Below are positions 18,574-27,451 of a stretch of DNA of 64,000 nucleotides, piece after piece; position 1 is the first letter of the stretch; each line of letters starts with the position of its first letter. Source of the DNA: an uncultured Lachnospiraceae bacterium (lineage in GTDB: Bacteria > Bacillota > Clostridia > Lachnospirales > Lachnospiraceae); assembly GCA_947570615.1 (NCBI GenBank), contig CANOVJ010000002.1, positions 66,367 through 130,366 of the forward strand. The letters run 5' to 3'. The notes under the pieces were generated by a model. It was not told the origin of the DNA and ran no database searches. It saw only the letters and a list, made by a program, of their open reading frames with translations. The translations under genes were made by a program, and so were the position numbers.

Positions 18574-19368
18574 TCAGATCATGGCAAGAAATCTGCCAAT
18601 CCATTTGTCGGCGAACTCCCAGCAGTGAGGCGCCACCTCAGAATAAAACTCAAAGCCATAGGGATTTCCCTCCAGACTCAGGAAGTGCTGCCGCAGGGCC
18701 AGACAGACCTCGAAGCCGTGATCCTGCGTGCCCACCGCCAGTCTGATTCTGGGAAGGGGCTTTCCCTCCCTGACATTCTGTTCGGACTGCCAGAGCACAT
18801 CATACCTTGTCCCCTTCATCTCGCCGCTGTCCGGCGTCCCGAAGGTGAGCTCCGTGGTATCCATACATCCCTCCGGGACCCAGATCTTTCCCACCGCCTG
18901 CCGCAGATGCTCCAGGGGGATCACGGAGCTGGTGGATATGATCAGGGCCTGGGAATATTTCTCAGGGTACATCATTGCATACGTCAGCGCCCCGGAACCG
19001 CCCATGGAAAAACCGGTGATCCAGGTTTTTTCCCGTTTCGTGGACAATTTGGGAAACAGCGTATGGAGAAATCCGGGAAGCTCCTCCACCACAAAATCCT
19101 CGATCAGCTCTCCTCTCTTCTCGTTATACCATCTGCTCATTCCGGCGGAGGGCATGACGGCCACCAGATTGTTTTTCCTGGCATGCTCTTCTATGCTGGA
19201 ATTTCTGAGCATATCCGTATAGTCCGCGCACCCGCCGTGCAGACAGTACAGCACCGGGATTTCCCCTTCCCCGGCCTGTGCCATATAGTCTCTCTCAGGC
19301 ATGGCCAGACAGACCTTTGTCTCCCGCCCCAGCGCCTTCGATGTCATACTTAACTTAATCAACGCCAT
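18574..19368 (-). CDS. Alpha/beta-hydrolase esterase (putative esterase family) 1
   Basis: VLYCLHGG, GFSMGG, VGTQD (Asp), APHCWEF (His). Confidence 0.82.
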   Translation of the reverse strand: MALIKLSMTSKALGRETKVCLAMPERDYMAQAGEGEIPVLYCLHGGCADYTDMLRNSSIEEHARKNNLVAVMPSAGMSRWYNEKRGELIEDFVVEELPGFLHTLFPKLSTKREKTWITGFSMGGSGALTYAMMYPEKYSQALIISTSSVIPLEHLRQAVGKIWVPEGCMDTTELTFGTPDSGEMKGTRYDVLWQSEQNVREGKPLPRIRLAVGTQDHGFEVCLALRQHFLSLEGNPYGFEFYSEVAPHCWEFADKWIGRFLAMI

Positions 19369-19383
19369 TTTTACTCCCTCCTG

Positions 19384-20271
19384 TCAGCCCTTGATGGAGC
19401 CTATCATGACTCCTTTGGCAAAATATTTCTGTATAAAAGGATAGATACATAAGATCGGCAGTGTGGATACCACAATGGTACAATACTGGATCAGAAGCGT
19501 ATAAATGGAAAACTGGGAGGAGACGTCGCTGGAGGCGTTGGTCAGACTCATGTTCCCCACGATGAGAATCTCCCTCAGAATCAGCTGCAGCGGGAACAAA
19601 TCCCGGTCGTTGAAGTAGAGCGAGGGCAAAAACCAGGAATTCCACTGTGCCACAGCGATAAACAACACCACCACGGAGATGGTCGCTTTGGACAGGGGCG
19701 CGATGATTCTGAAAAAGATGCAGAAATCCCCCGCCCCGTCCAGCCTGGCCGACTCCTCCAGCGAATCCGGTATTCCCATAAACGCAGTTCGCAGTACGAT
19801 CAGATTAAACACATTGATCGCCCCCGGAATGATCATGACCAGACGGCTGTCGATCAGCCCCAGTCTGGATATCAGGATATAATTGGGTATCAGCCCCCCG
19901 TTAAAGAGCATGGTAAAGGAAATCAGAAGCATACAGAAATTTTTGGGCGCAAAATATTTTCTGGAAAAAATGTAGGCGGCCACGGAAGTGGCAAAAATAC
20001 CGACGATGGTCCCCGCCGTCACATAAAAAATCGTGTTCCCGTAGCTTTTCCAGATACTTTTGTTTCCAAATACAAGCTCATATCCCGAAAGCGTTATCTC
20101 CCCCGCCGGCCAGAACAGCATGCTTCTGCTGTTGATCAGGGAAACCGGATCCGAAAAGGAAGCCATAACCGTATACAGGATCGGCGCAAGGCAGATAAAG
20201 GATATGGCGGTCAAAAACAGGACGTTGACAACACGGAATATTTTTCTCCCCGGAGTTTCTTTTACCTTCAT
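19384..20271 (-). CDS. Carbohydrate ABC transporter permease (LplC-like)
   Basis: EAA motif SLEESARLDGA; PFIQKYFAKGVMIGSIKG. Confidence 0.92.
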   Translation of the reverse strand: MKVKETPGRKIFRVVNVLFLTAISFICLAPILYTVMASFSDPVSLINSRSMLFWPAGEITLSGYELVFGNKSIWKSYGNTIFYVTAGTIVGIFATSVAAYIFSRKYFAPKNFCMLLISFTMLFNGGLIPNYILISRLGLIDSRLVMIIPGAINVFNLIVLRTAFMGIPDSLEESARLDGAGDFCIFFRIIAPLSKATISVVVLFIAVAQWNSWFLPSLYFNDRDLFPLQLILREILIVGNMSLTNASSDVSSQFSIYTLLIQYCTIVVSTLPILCIYPFIQKYFAKGVMIGSIKG

Positions 20272-20281
20272 TCCATCTCTC

Positions 20282-21184
20282 CTAAAACAAACTGGTTTCT
20301 GAAAACTTTTTACTTATCATGTTGGCGATCAGGATCAGGATAAAGCCGATGACAGAGTTGAACAATCCCACCGCCGTACTGTAAGAGTAATCTCCGCCCT
20401 GCAGGCCTGCCCTGTATATATAAGAAGAAATAACATCCGCCACGTCATAGGTGGAAGGGGCGTAGAGCAGGATAACCTTTTCATAGTTGACATTCATAAT
20501 CTGCCCCATCCGCAGGATCAGCATGATAATGACGGTGGAGGAGATTCCCGGCAGGGTGACGTAAAGCCACTGCTTCCAGTAACCCGCTCCGTCGATCTTC
20601 GCCGCCTCATAAAGCTCCTGATCCACCGACGAGAGCGCCGCCAGATAAATAATACTGTTAAAGCCGATCGTCTGGATGATGTTGGTGATAATGAAGATCG
20701 GGATAAAGGCCCCCGTATCCGTTATCATGCTTTCATAGCTGCCCCCCAGACTGTTGACGATCTGTGTCACAAAGCCGCGGGAATCCGTAAAGTTTCTGAT
20801 CAGCCCGCAAAATACCACTGTCGAGAGAAAATAGGGCATATAGGTGATCGTCTGTACGGTTTTCTTAAATTTCTGCCCCCGCAGCTCATTGAGAAGACAG
20901 GCCAGAATAATCGGGGCCGGAAAGGAAAACAAAAGATCCAGCAGACTGATGCGCAGGGTGTTGATCAGGGTTCTGAAAAAATAAGGCCCCTCAAAAAACC
21001 TTTTAAAGTTATCCAGACCCACAAACCTGCTTCCAAAGATTCCCTTTACGATCTTATACTTCTGGAAGGCCATAATCAGGCCTCCCATCGGCAGAAAACT
21101 GAAGATCAGAAAGTAAATCATAATTGCCAGGGCGGCAAAATACATCAGCTTATGCCGCCTGAAATTTTTCTTCAATCCTTTCAC
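20282..21184 (-). CDS. Carbohydrate ABC transporter permease (LplB-like)
   Basis: YMPYFLSTVV, ELYEAAKIDGA, DVISSYIY, GLFNSVIG. Confidence 0.92.
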   Translation of the reverse strand: MKGLKKNFRRHKLMYFAALAIMIYFLIFSFLPMGGLIMAFQKYKIVKGIFGSRFVGLDNFKRFFEGPYFFRTLINTLRISLLDLLFSFPAPIILACLLNELRGQKFKKTVQTITYMPYFLSTVVFCGLIRNFTDSRGFVTQIVNSLGGSYESMITDTGAFIPIFIITNIIQTIGFNSIIYLAALSSVDQELYEAAKIDGAGYWKQWLYVTLPGISSTVIIMLILRMGQIMNVNYEKVILLYAPSTYDVADVISSYIYRAGLQGGDYSYSTAVGLFNSVIGFILILIANMISKKFSETSLF

Positions 21185-21211
21185 GCAAAACCTCCCTGGG
21201 AACGCGCTCTT

Positions 21212-22900
21212 CTATCTCGCATTATATCGGTCCAATGCGGACTGAAACGCGCTTTTGCATTCTTCAACGTTCATATCCTTAACTGTCTGAATAAAATTGT
21301 CGAAGCCGTCGAAGGATTCCTGACCCGTGATGTATTTAACGGTCATTTCATCCAGGTACGTATTGATATCCGGCATATAACGGTTGTAAACGTCCAGCTC
21401 ATCCTCCAGCAGACTGATGTTGCCGCTGATACGCCATTGATTATCTCCCTGCTCTCTGTAGAGCCGGTCGGCCGCGATATTAAACTCATCCACCATGGTG
21501 GAGCCCACGTCAAAGCTTCCGGGATATCCGGTTCCCACCGTGGCGTAACGCATGTTGATAAAGTTTTCGTTGGGATTGTTGGTGATATTGTCCATCCAGG
21601 TTTTGGTCCCGTCTTCGGCCACCTCGTAGGTGGTTCCCTCCACGCCCCAGCAGGAGAGATCGCTGGCTTCCCGGGTATAATACTGATCCCAGTACCTTAA
21701 GGCGGATTCAAGATCCTCACAGTCCGCAGAAATAATCACCGCGTTTAACTGAATTTTACCGTTTTCGTAGTATTCATGCGTCACTGTCCCCTTTTCCAGA
21801 ACAGGCATGGGAGCAACAACATATTCAAAGTCTTCCTTAAACTCCGAACCGATGGAGGCAAGCATCCCGGCCATGGAATAAGCCGTCACGCAGGAGCCGC
21901 AGTCAGCCGAAGAATAGGTGGAAATCTGCGCGTTGATATCCGTCACGGACTGGAAATCCGGATCAATCAGGCCTTCCTTATACCACTGTTCCATCATCTC
22001 CAGATAGGCCCGGAAAGACTCCGTCGCATCCACGGGGGCATAGAGCACCTTTCCGTCGATCTGATAAAAGGGAAAATCACTGCCCCAGTAATCGCGGTAG
22101 CCAAAACCGTAGCCGATGGTCCACATATTATTCTGGGACATTCCGGTGGTTCCCGGAACAAAGCCTTTGGTAATTCCGCACTGCTCCTTAAAGGCGGTCA
22201 GTACATCGTGCCATTCATCATAGGTCTCGGGCACGTCCATCCCCACATCGTCAAGAAGATCCTTCCGGATCAGAACGCCTGCAAAGATCTCTGTCTCCTC
22301 GTCATCCTCAAAGAAAATCGGCAGTCCGGTAATCCTTCCGTCGTCCGTATAAACTTCTTTCTGCCGGAACTCGGAGGCTTCAAGCTGTTTCTTAAAATTC
22401 GGCATCAGATCCAGATACTCGGCTATATCCACGGATATCCCGTCATTTAACAGCCCCACTGCTCCCCCTTCATAGCCGCCCACGCCGCCGCTTATAAAAT
22501 CCGGAATACTGCCGGAGGAGATCAGAAGATTGAGCTGCGTGTTCTCCTCCCCCAGAATGGGAGTGGTAAAATCAATATGTACGCCCGTCTTCTCTTCCAT
22601 CTGCTGAGCCGTCAGCGTCTCATTCCAGTCGTCGATGAGAATTCCCATACAGGTATGAGATCCCTTAAACATATTCCAGGTGATCCCTTCCTCTGAGATC
22701 CTCTCAATTCCGGCGTCTGCCTGTACATCCGCATTTTCATCCGTACCCGTATCGGCGTCAGCACTGTCCCCGCCGTCTGTGGTCTTTGTTCCGGTATCCG
22801 CCTCCCCTGTACTGCCGTCCTGCGGCGTCGAGCCACAGCCGTTTACAAGAAACGCTGCCGTCAGCGCCAGGGCAAGCACTGATAAAACCCTCCTTTTCAT
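21212..22900 (-). CDS. Carbohydrate ABC substrate-binding lipoprotein (LplA-like)
   Basis: Lipobox LVNGC; IRKDLLDDVGMDVPETYDEW; WGVEG. Confidence 0.88.
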   Translation of the reverse strand: MKRRVLSVLALALTAAFLVNGCGSTPQDGSTGEADTGTKTTDGGDSADADTGTDENADVQADAGIERISEEGITWNMFKGSHTCMGILIDDWNETLTAQQMEEKTGVHIDFTTPILGEENTQLNLLISSGSIPDFISGGVGGYEGGAVGLLNDGISVDIAEYLDLMPNFKKQLEASEFRQKEVYTDDGRITGLPIFFEDDEETEIFAGVLIRKDLLDDVGMDVPETYDEWHDVLTAFKEQCGITKGFVPGTTGMSQNNMWTIGYGFGYRDYWGSDFPFYQIDGKVLYAPVDATESFRAYLEMMEQWYKEGLIDPDFQSVTDINAQISTYSSADCGSCVTAYSMAGMLASIGSEFKEDFEYVVAPMPVLEKGTVTHEYYENGKIQLNAVIISADCEDLESALRYWDQYYTREASDLSCWGVEGTTYEVAEDGTKTWMDNITNNPNENFINMRYATVGTGYPGSFDVGSTMVDEFNIAADRLYREQGDNQWRISGNISLLEDELDVYNRYMPDINTYLDEMTVKYITGQESFDGFDNFIQTVKDMNVEECKSAFQSALDRYNAR

Positions 22901-22963
22901 TTACGCTCCCTCCTTCATTTATTTAGCAATATTTTAGCTATAAAGCTATTATAATATGCTTAA

Positions 22964-22992
22964 ATTATATTATTATTTAGCTTTAGTGTCAA
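22964..22992 (-). promoter_or_regulatory. Sigma-A promoter of the sugar ABC-esterase operon
   Basis: Consensus TTGACA-17 bp-TATAAT on the minus strand. Confidence 0.8.
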
Positions 22993-23081
22993 TATATATT
23001 GCTAAATAATATCCGGTCCTTTACACATTTTTAACAGGAAAGCATGAAAGAAAAGGATAAATATATGCATAACGTCAAAAA

Positions 23082-23116
23082 ATCACCTCCGCCCGTTTCT
23101 GGCGGGCAGAGGTGAT
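23082..23116 (-). terminator. Terminator after cstA
   Basis: atcacctc.gcccg/cgggc.gaggtgat hairpin followed by a T-run on the minus strand. Confidence 0.75.
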
Positions 23117-23145
23117 CAGAATACCTTTGCTTGAAAATCAGATTT

Positions 23146-24861
23146 TTATGCTGTCTTTTTCTTCCCAAACAGCGTCTGAACGCCCTCAATCACAAGCAGG
23201 ACCGCAAGGATGATCAGAAGCACTGCCAGAATGGTCTGCGCGTAAGGGCCCCAGTCGGCGCCGCCCGCAGAGATCAGGCCAACCTGATTCTTAACGGTGA
23301 TGATCAGGGAGGCGATGGTAACAACCATCATGAAAGCCATGGGGAATAAGAACATCTTATTGTTCTTCCCGATATTGCCAAGCCATGTGGCGACAGCCAG
23401 AAGTCCAAGTCCGGCCAGCAGCTGGTTGGCGGAACCGAACAGACCCCAGATCTTGGCGTATCCGGTCATACCAAGGACGATACCGATCACAACCGTGATG
23501 GCAGTTGCGAAATAAGGATTTACCAGCAGCTTTTTGTAGCCTTCCTTCACATCGCCAACCGTCTGTCCCGGCTCAAGCCAGAACTCCTGGAACATGAAAC
23601 GCGCAAGACGCGTGGCCGTATCCAGAGAGGTCAGGCAGAATGCGGAGTAGGTGAGGATCAGCAGGGTATACAGGATATTCTCAAGCCCTGCAAGACCGGG
23701 AATCGCAGCCACCATTGCGGCGATTCCGCCTGCAAAAATGTCGGTGGCTCCCGCCGTATGACCGGTCTGTCTCGCGTAGGCGATGGCGCATACGGTGAGT
23801 ACCGCCAGCACACACTCAAGAAGCATTCCGCCGTAGGCGATGGGCTTTGCATCCGCCTCCTTATCGAGCTGTTTGGAGGTGGTTCCGGAGGAAACCAGCG
23901 AATGGAAACCGGAGATGGCGCCGCAGGCAACCGTCGTAAACAGGATCGGGAACAGGTACTGCATCCCGTTTCCGTTGTCCACCGCAAATCCGGTGAAGGC
24001 CGGGAAAAGCTCGGGATCGATATTGGGATGGGCTCCCACCACGCCGATGAAGGCCACGGCCAGCATGGCATAGAGCAGGAAGGAGCTTAAGTAATCGCGG
24101 GGCTGTAACAGGATCCACACGGGAGCCACCGACGCGATGGCGATATAGATTCCCACGATGATCATCCAGGTGTTGGTGGAGAGATAGAGCGGATGGAAAT
24201 TCATACCGATCGCCATGATGATCACGATCGCCACAATGCCCAGAACCGTGGAAATGCCCATGGACAGGTTGCGGCGGTATACGCAGAAGCCGAACACGAT
24301 GGCGATCACGATAAATAACAGGGATACCATCGCAACGGACGCGTTGGATGCGCTCGCCGCCATATCCAGAGCGCCCGCCTCGTCATACTTTGCGCCGAAG
24401 GTGGTGGCCACGATGGAGGCAAAGGCCGCTACCACCAGAAGCAGCGTCAGATAGGCGAAGATCAGGAAAAGCCTTTTGGCTCTCTTGCTCATGTTGGCGG
24501 AAATTACCTCGCCGATGGACTGTCCCTTATGGCGCAGGGATGCGAACAGCGCGCCGAAATCGTGGACGCCGCCGAAGAAGATACCGCCCACTAAAATCCA
24601 CAGGACAACGGGCAGCCATCCGAATAAAGCCGCATTGATGGGGCCGGTGATAGGGCCTGCCCCGGCGATGGATGAAAAATGATGGCCCATAAGAACGGGC
24701 GCTTTGGCCGGGACATAGTCAACACCATCCGACATGGTATGCGCAGGCGTCTTTTCTTTGCTCTCACCCACGCCCCACTGTTTGCAGAGCCATCTTCCGT
24801 AGAAGATATAACCGCACAGTAAAATGGCCACAGAGATGAGAACCAGTAATAATGTGTTCAT
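23146..24861 (-). CDS. cstA: Carbon starvation protein A family transporter
   Basis: DGVDYVP, GHHFSSIAGAGPI, GGVHDF, ACGAISGFHSLVSSGTT, TSLDTATR. Confidence 0.93.
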   Translation of the reverse strand: MNTLLLVLISVAILLCGYIFYGRWLCKQWGVGESKEKTPAHTMSDGVDYVPAKAPVLMGHHFSSIAGAGPITGPINAALFGWLPVVLWILVGGIFFGGVHDFGALFASLRHKGQSIGEVISANMSKRAKRLFLIFAYLTLLLVVAAFASIVATTFGAKYDEAGALDMAASASNASVAMVSLLFIVIAIVFGFCVYRRNLSMGISTVLGIVAIVIIMAIGMNFHPLYLSTNTWMIIVGIYIAIASVAPVWILLQPRDYLSSFLLYAMLAVAFIGVVGAHPNIDPELFPAFTGFAVDNGNGMQYLFPILFTTVACGAISGFHSLVSSGTTSKQLDKEADAKPIAYGGMLLECVLAVLTVCAIAYARQTGHTAGATDIFAGGIAAMVAAIPGLAGLENILYTLLILTYSAFCLTSLDTATRLARFMFQEFWLEPGQTVGDVKEGYKKLLVNPYFATAITVVIGIVLGMTGYAKIWGLFGSANQLLAGLGLLAVATWLGNIGKNNKMFLFPMAFMMVVTIASLIITVKNQVGLISAGGADWGPYAQTILAVLLIILAVLLVIEGVQTLFGKKKTA

Positions 24862-25391
24862 AAAAATCGTCTCCTTTTCTTGTTAGAGTTGAATAAAACA
24901 TTTTTCAGAACTTTCTCCACACATCTTCCGCTGCGGTTGGTGGTGATCCGGTTATCCGAAACCTCCAGAACCGCCGTGTGGAAGTCCATCCATCCGTGCA
25001 GAGAAAATCGAAAACTTTTGTAGATGCGGCATTTCCTCACAGCCGCCCTCGCCTCCCCCTGACAGGTATCGCAGATAAAGACAGGGGTGATATAGGTGTA
25101 CATATGCCCCGGCCCGATGTGGGCCCGCTTCATGCCGTCCTCATGGGCAAAATCCCTGCATTTCTCAAAAATATCTTCTGTGAGCTGTTCCACGTTGAAT
25201 AAATATACAAACTCTTCGCAGTTGGCCGTCCAGAGATTCGCCTGTCTGGAAAGGACATATTTTTCGGTGTGTTCAAAAAACTCACAGATTGCTGTGAGAT
25301 AAGGCTGTTCCCCGTCGGACATCGTTATATCGAAGTAAGCCCCGTATCCTCTGAGGAGCCGGTCAGTCGCCGTTTCTCTGTCGTATTGCAT
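24858..25391 (-). CDS. Hypothetical protein coupled to cstA
   Basis: 177-aa ORF; its stop overlaps the cstA start (ATGA-type); promoter TTGAAA-18 bp-TATAAT at 25432-25461. Confidence 0.7.
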   Translation of the reverse strand: MQYDRETATDRLLRGYGAYFDITMSDGEQPYLTAICEFFEHTEKYVLSRQANLWTANCEEFVYLFNVEQLTEDIFEKCRDFAHEDGMKRAHIGPGHMYTYITPVFICDTCQGEARAAVRKCRIYKSFRFSLHGWMDFHTAVLEVSDNRITTNRSGRCVEKVLKNVLFNSNKKRRRFL

Positions 25392-25522
25392 AAAAATACA
25401 GAATCCTTTCATAAATTGAACACATTAAACAATTATAGCACTGTTTTCGTGTCTTTTTCAATAATTTTTTATAATTTCTTATGAAATTCCTTATAAATCT
25501 AAAGATTTATTTATAAACAGGC

Positions 25523-25562
25523 AAAAAAGGCTTCCGGCGTGGCCGCCGCCGAAGCCTTTTGA
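25523..25562 (-). terminator. Terminator after rng
   Basis: aaaaaggcttc...gaagcctttt hairpin. Confidence 0.65.
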
Positions 25563-25568
25563 AAAAAT

Positions 25569-26774
25569 TCAGAGCGATTTCCGGATAAACTCCGAAAGGG
25601 GCCTGCTGATCTTTTTGCGGGTGATCTCCACGATTCCCAGCGCCGTCATGTCCACCAGCCGGGTTTCCACCTTATCCTCGCGCAGATACGCCGCCAGATG
25701 CTCCATCAGAAGCTGCTTATCCTGCTCGGAATCCATGTTGATGAAATCCACCATGATCATTCCGGAGTAATTGCGCAGGCGAAGCGCCCTGGCGATCTCC
25801 TTTGCCGCCTCCAGATTGATCTGAAGGTAGAGATTTTTTCTTACAATACGTCTGTCCCCGCTGGCTTTCCCGGTGTTGACGTCGATCACCACCATGGCCT
25901 CGGTGGGCTCGATCACCAGATAGCCGCCGCTGGGCAGCCAGACCCTTTTTTCAAGCGCCCGGCTTAAATGGGTCTTAAGGCTGTAGAGCGCGCTCAGGGA
26001 CACCAGGGGATCCTGATAATACCGGATGGGGACCGGTACAAAAGGAGAAAAAAGCTCTTTTATTTTTTCATCGTCCGTGATAATTTCGTCGTAATCCGAA
26101 AGGGGAATGCTCCTGATCACACCGGTCAGCTCCGGCTGCGAGCAGTACAGACAGGTGTGGCAGATGCGGGTTTTGTATATGCCCAGCAGCCTGTGGAAGG
26201 TCCTGATAAACTCCTCCATCTCCTCGAAGAGAGGCGCTGAGTCCGCAAGGGCTCCGGCATTGGTGCGGATGATAAAGCCGTAGTCCTCACAGCCGGCAAG
26301 CTCTGCGCTTTTTTCCCTGCGCAGTTCCCTGGCGGCCTGCCTGAGCTCCCTGGCCTTATCGGTGGGAAGCTTGCCGGAGCAGGTAATCTTCGGGCTGTCC
26401 AGGCGGCAGACACAGTAGGTTCCCGCCAGGGAGAGCCTGGCCGTGGCGGCAGGCAGCTTGGTTTTCAGGGCTTTTGTGGCGATCTGGACCGGAAGCATAT
26501 CTCCGTGCTTTAGCCGTCCGTCGTATTCCCGGTTGATCACAAGCGGCTTTGCACACTCGTTCAGGGGCAGAAAGACCTTCTTGCCGGGCGCGATGGAGAC
26601 AAAGGCCGCCCCGATGCCGGGGACAATCTCCTCCACACGTCCGATGTAGATGTTTCCCAGGTTCTCCTCCTCCCCCGGCCAGGGACTGACCCGGATCATC
26701 TGGGGATGCCCGGCGTCGTCCATCTGAAACAGCAGAAGGACCTGTTCCCACTGGGTAACGATTATTTTTCCCAT
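25569..26774 (-). CDS. rng: Ribonuclease E/G family
   Basis: S1 domain GNIYIGRV; SGGYLVIEPTEAMVVIDVNTG; LRNYSGMIMVDFI. Confidence 0.9.
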   Translation of the reverse strand: MGKIIVTQWEQVLLLFQMDDAGHPQMIRVSPWPGEEENLGNIYIGRVEEIVPGIGAAFVSIAPGKKVFLPLNECAKPLVINREYDGRLKHGDMLPVQIATKALKTKLPAATARLSLAGTYCVCRLDSPKITCSGKLPTDKARELRQAARELRREKSAELAGCEDYGFIIRTNAGALADSAPLFEEMEEFIRTFHRLLGIYKTRICHTCLYCSQPELTGVIRSIPLSDYDEIITDDEKIKELFSPFVPVPIRYYQDPLVSLSALYSLKTHLSRALEKRVWLPSGGYLVIEPTEAMVVIDVNTGKASGDRRIVRKNLYLQINLEAAKEIARALRLRNYSGMIMVDFINMDSEQDKQLLMEHLAAYLREDKVETRLVDMTALGIVEITRKKISRPLSEFIRKSL

Positions 26775-27451
26775 ATCAGCGGCACCAGCCTTTCTTCCTC
26801 GCGCCGGTACAGCTCCAGCCTGTGAACCATAAGCGCGTAAGGGGGAAGCTCCCACTTAAGGGTGGCGAAAAAGCGCTCGAGTACGAAGGAGGGCCTGATA
26901 TTCCCCCCGCTGCTGGCGTTTAAGAGCATACAGACCGCCGGGCAGGGATTCGTATCTATATGCAGGTCATAGATGCTCTCCTTCAGATTGATTTCCTTCT
27001 CGCCCTTTTTCGTCTTTTTCACCACAGGAATTTCTTCCTGCTCATAGAAAGCCGCCAGCTTTTCCTGCCAGTGATCGGGCAGGGAAATCCCGGGGCGGAA
27101 GGTGACCCGGTAGGAAGCCGCGGCCACGCTGGCCATGGCGTTGCCCGCCCCCGCAGGAAGAAGCCGAACCTTAAGGATCTCGATTCCCTCCGCCATCACC
27201 CCCTGCAGACGCTCCCGCATCTCGTCCTCCCCCAAAAAGGAGGTCACCTCGATGTCCATATATTCTCCCTGGCTTGTGTGTCCCACCGACAGGGGAGAGG
27301 CAAAGGACATGATCTGATGGGGGTTAAAGCCCTCCGAGTAGGCGATGGGAATGCTGCTGCGCCGGATGGCCTTCTGAAAATAACGCATCACATCCAGATG
27401 CCCGATGAATTTCAGCGGGCCGTTTTTTGAAAATTTGATTCTCACCTTCAT
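26762..27451 (-). CDS. Radical SAM-associated protein (TIGR03936/DUF2344-like)
   Basis: KFIGHLD, YSEGFNPH, LSVGHTS.GEY motifs; coupled to the radical SAM gene. Confidence 0.85.
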   Translation of the reverse strand: MKVRIKFSKNGPLKFIGHLDVMRYFQKAIRRSSIPIAYSEGFNPHQIMSFASPLSVGHTSQGEYMDIEVTSFLGEDEMRERLQGVMAEGIEILKVRLLPAGAGNAMASVAAASYRVTFRPGISLPDHWQEKLAAFYEQEEIPVVKKTKKGEKEINLKESIYDLHIDTNPCPAVCMLLNASSGGNIRPSFVLERFFATLKWELPPYALMVHRLELYRREEERLVPLIWEK

